A DNA stretch of 62,563 nucleotides, the filler included, from Xylographa opegraphella (Eukaryota): the NCBI GenBank assembly GCA_022813865.1. It is 8 parts of 8 records of this genome, joined end to end, with 100 filler letters (N's around TTAATTAATTAA, not from the genome) between each part and the next. Parts side by side here need not be neighbours in the genome. Positions count along the whole stretch, not along the records: positions 55,169 to 62,563 come from JALDZX010000199.1; 7 more parts are not named here. One strand, 5' to 3'. Below the pieces are notes generated by a model. It ran no database searches, was not told the origin of the DNA, and saw nothing but the letters and a program-made list of their open reading frames with translations. Shown here piece by piece: positions 59,800 to 62,563 of this stretch (within the stretch, counting starts at the first letter, position 1; each line of letters begins with the position of its first letter). The position numbers were made by a program, and so were the translations under genes.

Positions 59800-62500
59800 A
59801 AGAAAACTTTTATTATTATTATAATACTCCAGGCTTATTATTATATTTAACAATATTTAAAATCGAATTTTAAAAATTTATTCGATTTATAAAATCGTAT
59901 ATTTCGAACGGTTTTTTTATAAATAAATTAATTTTAATTAAATATTTAAAAAGTATTAACCCGTTTTTCTCTTATTCTTAAATATAATAAAAAATATATT
60001 ACGTTTTTTATTGCTAAAAAGACTACGTTTACGAAAAATGCTAAAAGAACTAAATTTAAATGTTTAATTTTATTGTTTTAATAATAGAATCGATAAATAG
60101 AAAAAATTTGTTAAATAACGAAAATTTTCAAAAAAATCAATACGCGTTCGATAACGTACTAAAAATTAAAATAATAATATAAAAATTTTATTATTTAAAT
60201 AAATTCTATGCGAATAGTTTAAATTATTTAAATAATGTTAGTAATTATAATCGTAAACGCGTTATTATCGTTTATAATTATTTAATTAAAACTAATCGTT
60301 TTAGCGAAACAACCTTTTTACATAAATAATTAATTATTGAAATTATTATAATACCCGTTATTAAATTCGCGAAAATAAAAATTTAAACGTTTATTTAAAA
60401 ATTTTAAACGTTTATTATATTTATTTCGTTATTATTATTTACTAATTTTTATTTAATTTTATATTTTCGTCGTTAAATAATTGATTTATGTTACTTTTGA
60501 ACCCTTTGAAATAGTCTGGCCTATTAAATTAATATTAAAAGTTTATTATTTATTTTTATAACCCTTTTAATAAAATTAAATAGAGAAAATATACGATATA
60601 CGATAAAAAATGATTCAAAATAAAATTTTAAAATAATTAATATCGACGATAAAGTATTCCTATAAAAATAATTTTTATTTATCATCGGAAATGAATCCAA
60701 TTTAAATTTTATTTCTATGTATTTAGAAAAATTAACCGCGATAAAAAAGCAATTAATCGCTTAAATATATATTTATATATAATTATAATAATTTAAAGGT
60801 TAATAATTTAAATATAAATCGTACGTAATTAATTTTATATAAAATATTTTTAAAATTTATATTAAGCTATCGCTTTTACTTTCCCAATTAAATATTAATT
60901 ATTTAAACGTTCGATATTTATTCGAATTTTTATTAACGTAACTAAATTATCTTTTTAAAATTCACGTTTAAAAAATAAAATTTCGTAATCGAACAGCGTT
61001 TTATTATATTTATACGAAAAAATTAAATTTTAATATATTTTTTATGATAATATTTTTTAAAGAAATTACTTTAATTATTAAAACATTAACATTTATAAAG
61101 CGTAATTATAAACGTTGTTTATGAATAATTTTATTCGCGATTAATTAATTACTTATAAAATAAATAATTCTTTGAATAACATTTCGATCGAATCGTCGAA
61201 TATCGAATCGAACGAAAATAAAATTACTTTTTTAATTTTCAAAGATTTACTCCTTAAAATCTTAATTATATTAAATTTAATATTTAATTAAATTAAAATA
61301 AAAGATTTATTAAAAGATTTATGTAATAAACTATAATTATCGTAGTTTAATTTAATACGTTTATGATCGTTTATCGCGCTCGAGATTCGCTATTTTTTCA
61401 TAACGATTATTAATAAAACGCCCGTTTTTAAATAAATTAAATAATATATTTTTAAAATAATCTTTCCTGGCCTATTTTTATAGAATTAAAACGACTTTTT
61501 TTCCCTCGTAGTAGAAATATATCTTTAAATAATTAAATTAATTATTTTTTAAAATATATTAAAGATCGATTCGCGCGCCATTCACGATTTTATTATTGTA
61601 TAATTTATTTATTTTTACGATTTTAATTCAGGTAGTACGCCAGTTATATTTATAGAAAATAAATAATTAAAAAATATATTTTACGGCCTTGCAGCAATAA
61701 ATAATAATTAATAATGATAAAGTTTTAAATATTATTATTCGTTCGATCGAGTAAATTCGTAATACGAAATTATATTAATAAACTAAAAAATAAAATTTAT
61801 AAATTATAGTTTTTTAATTTTTTAACGTTGAATATTTTTTAAATAATTATCGCGGTAAATTTATAATAATTTGATATATACGTTTAAATATTGAATTTCG
61901 TTTAATTCTTTAAATAATATTCAAAAATATATCAAAAATTTATATATCACCGCTGCGTATTTAATACGCATATTCGACCTATTTATAAAATATATTATAA
62001 AAGGGGTATTTGTTATCGTAAATTAATAATATCAATACGAATAAGAAATTTATAATAATCATTGTATTTACAAATTTTTCTAAATTAGTAAAGTTTTAAA
62101 AATATTTACGTAAACCTTTAAAAATCGTATTCGTTTAATTATATAATAAAATAAATAAATAATTGTAATAAATTTGAACGTAATTTTTAAATTTACTATA
62201 AATTCGATTTCGTTATTATTTTAATAACGTTCGAATATTTAAAGTTATTTTTTAAATACCTTAATCGTTATTAGCGTTATTAAATTTATATTATTTTAAA
62301 AAAATCGAAATTAATTAAACATTGAAAAATATTTTTATTTTTATCTTTTTTTTAAATTTTTAAACGATAATCGAAATTAGCTGCGAATAAAATTTATTAA
62401 ATCATGAATTTCTGGCCGTTCGAAACGATATTTTGATAAATAATTATATATTAATATTTACGCTCGATTGAAACGCTAATATAAATTTATTATTTTCTGC
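59800..62500. mobile_element. Unclassified RIP-destroyed repeat DNA
   Basis: Extreme AT content with residual C/G almost only in CpG; no readable motif. Confidence 0.5.
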
Positions 62501-62563
62501 TGTAAAGGAATTCGTAGGAAGTCCGCAGCAGCCTAGTTGAGTAGGCAAAGGGGTAGGCAAAAG
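62501..62563 (-). mobile_element. Young Gypsy LTR end identical to 22208-22270
   Basis: 63/63 identity by eye; at window/scaffold end. Confidence 0.9.

Overview
Filamentous ascomycete (Pezizomycotina) nuclear DNA. The window is not one locus: it is eight unplaced scaffolds of strictly decreasing size (8216, 7932, 7819, 7736, 7699, 7555, 7511, 7395 bp) joined by 100-bp artificial spacers (N44-TTAATTAATTAA-N44). Most pieces hold a small island of normal-GC genes inside extremely AT-rich, RIP-destroyed transposon DNA. Recognisable host genes are a CSA/RAD28-like WD40 gene, ATG5, RSM22, a PNPOx-like FMN-binding gene, RPB11, PAN1, NPR2, a conserved hypothetical gene and a 2OG-Fe(II) oxygenase. Young, unmutated Copia and Gypsy elements sit next to RIP-ruined relatives, and the mutation process conspicuously spares CpG. 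The best candidate for a new system is a solitary, intronless 1898-aa gene (25595-31291, minus strand). It looks like a fusion of an OrfX/P47(TULIP)-like module with a beta-propeller/Ig-like/hydrophobic-helix toxin-like module; this is inference and needs profile or structure searches. The second candidate is a ~180-bp partly palindromic repeat family found repeatedly just upstream of unrelated genes at gene/AT-rich boundaries.
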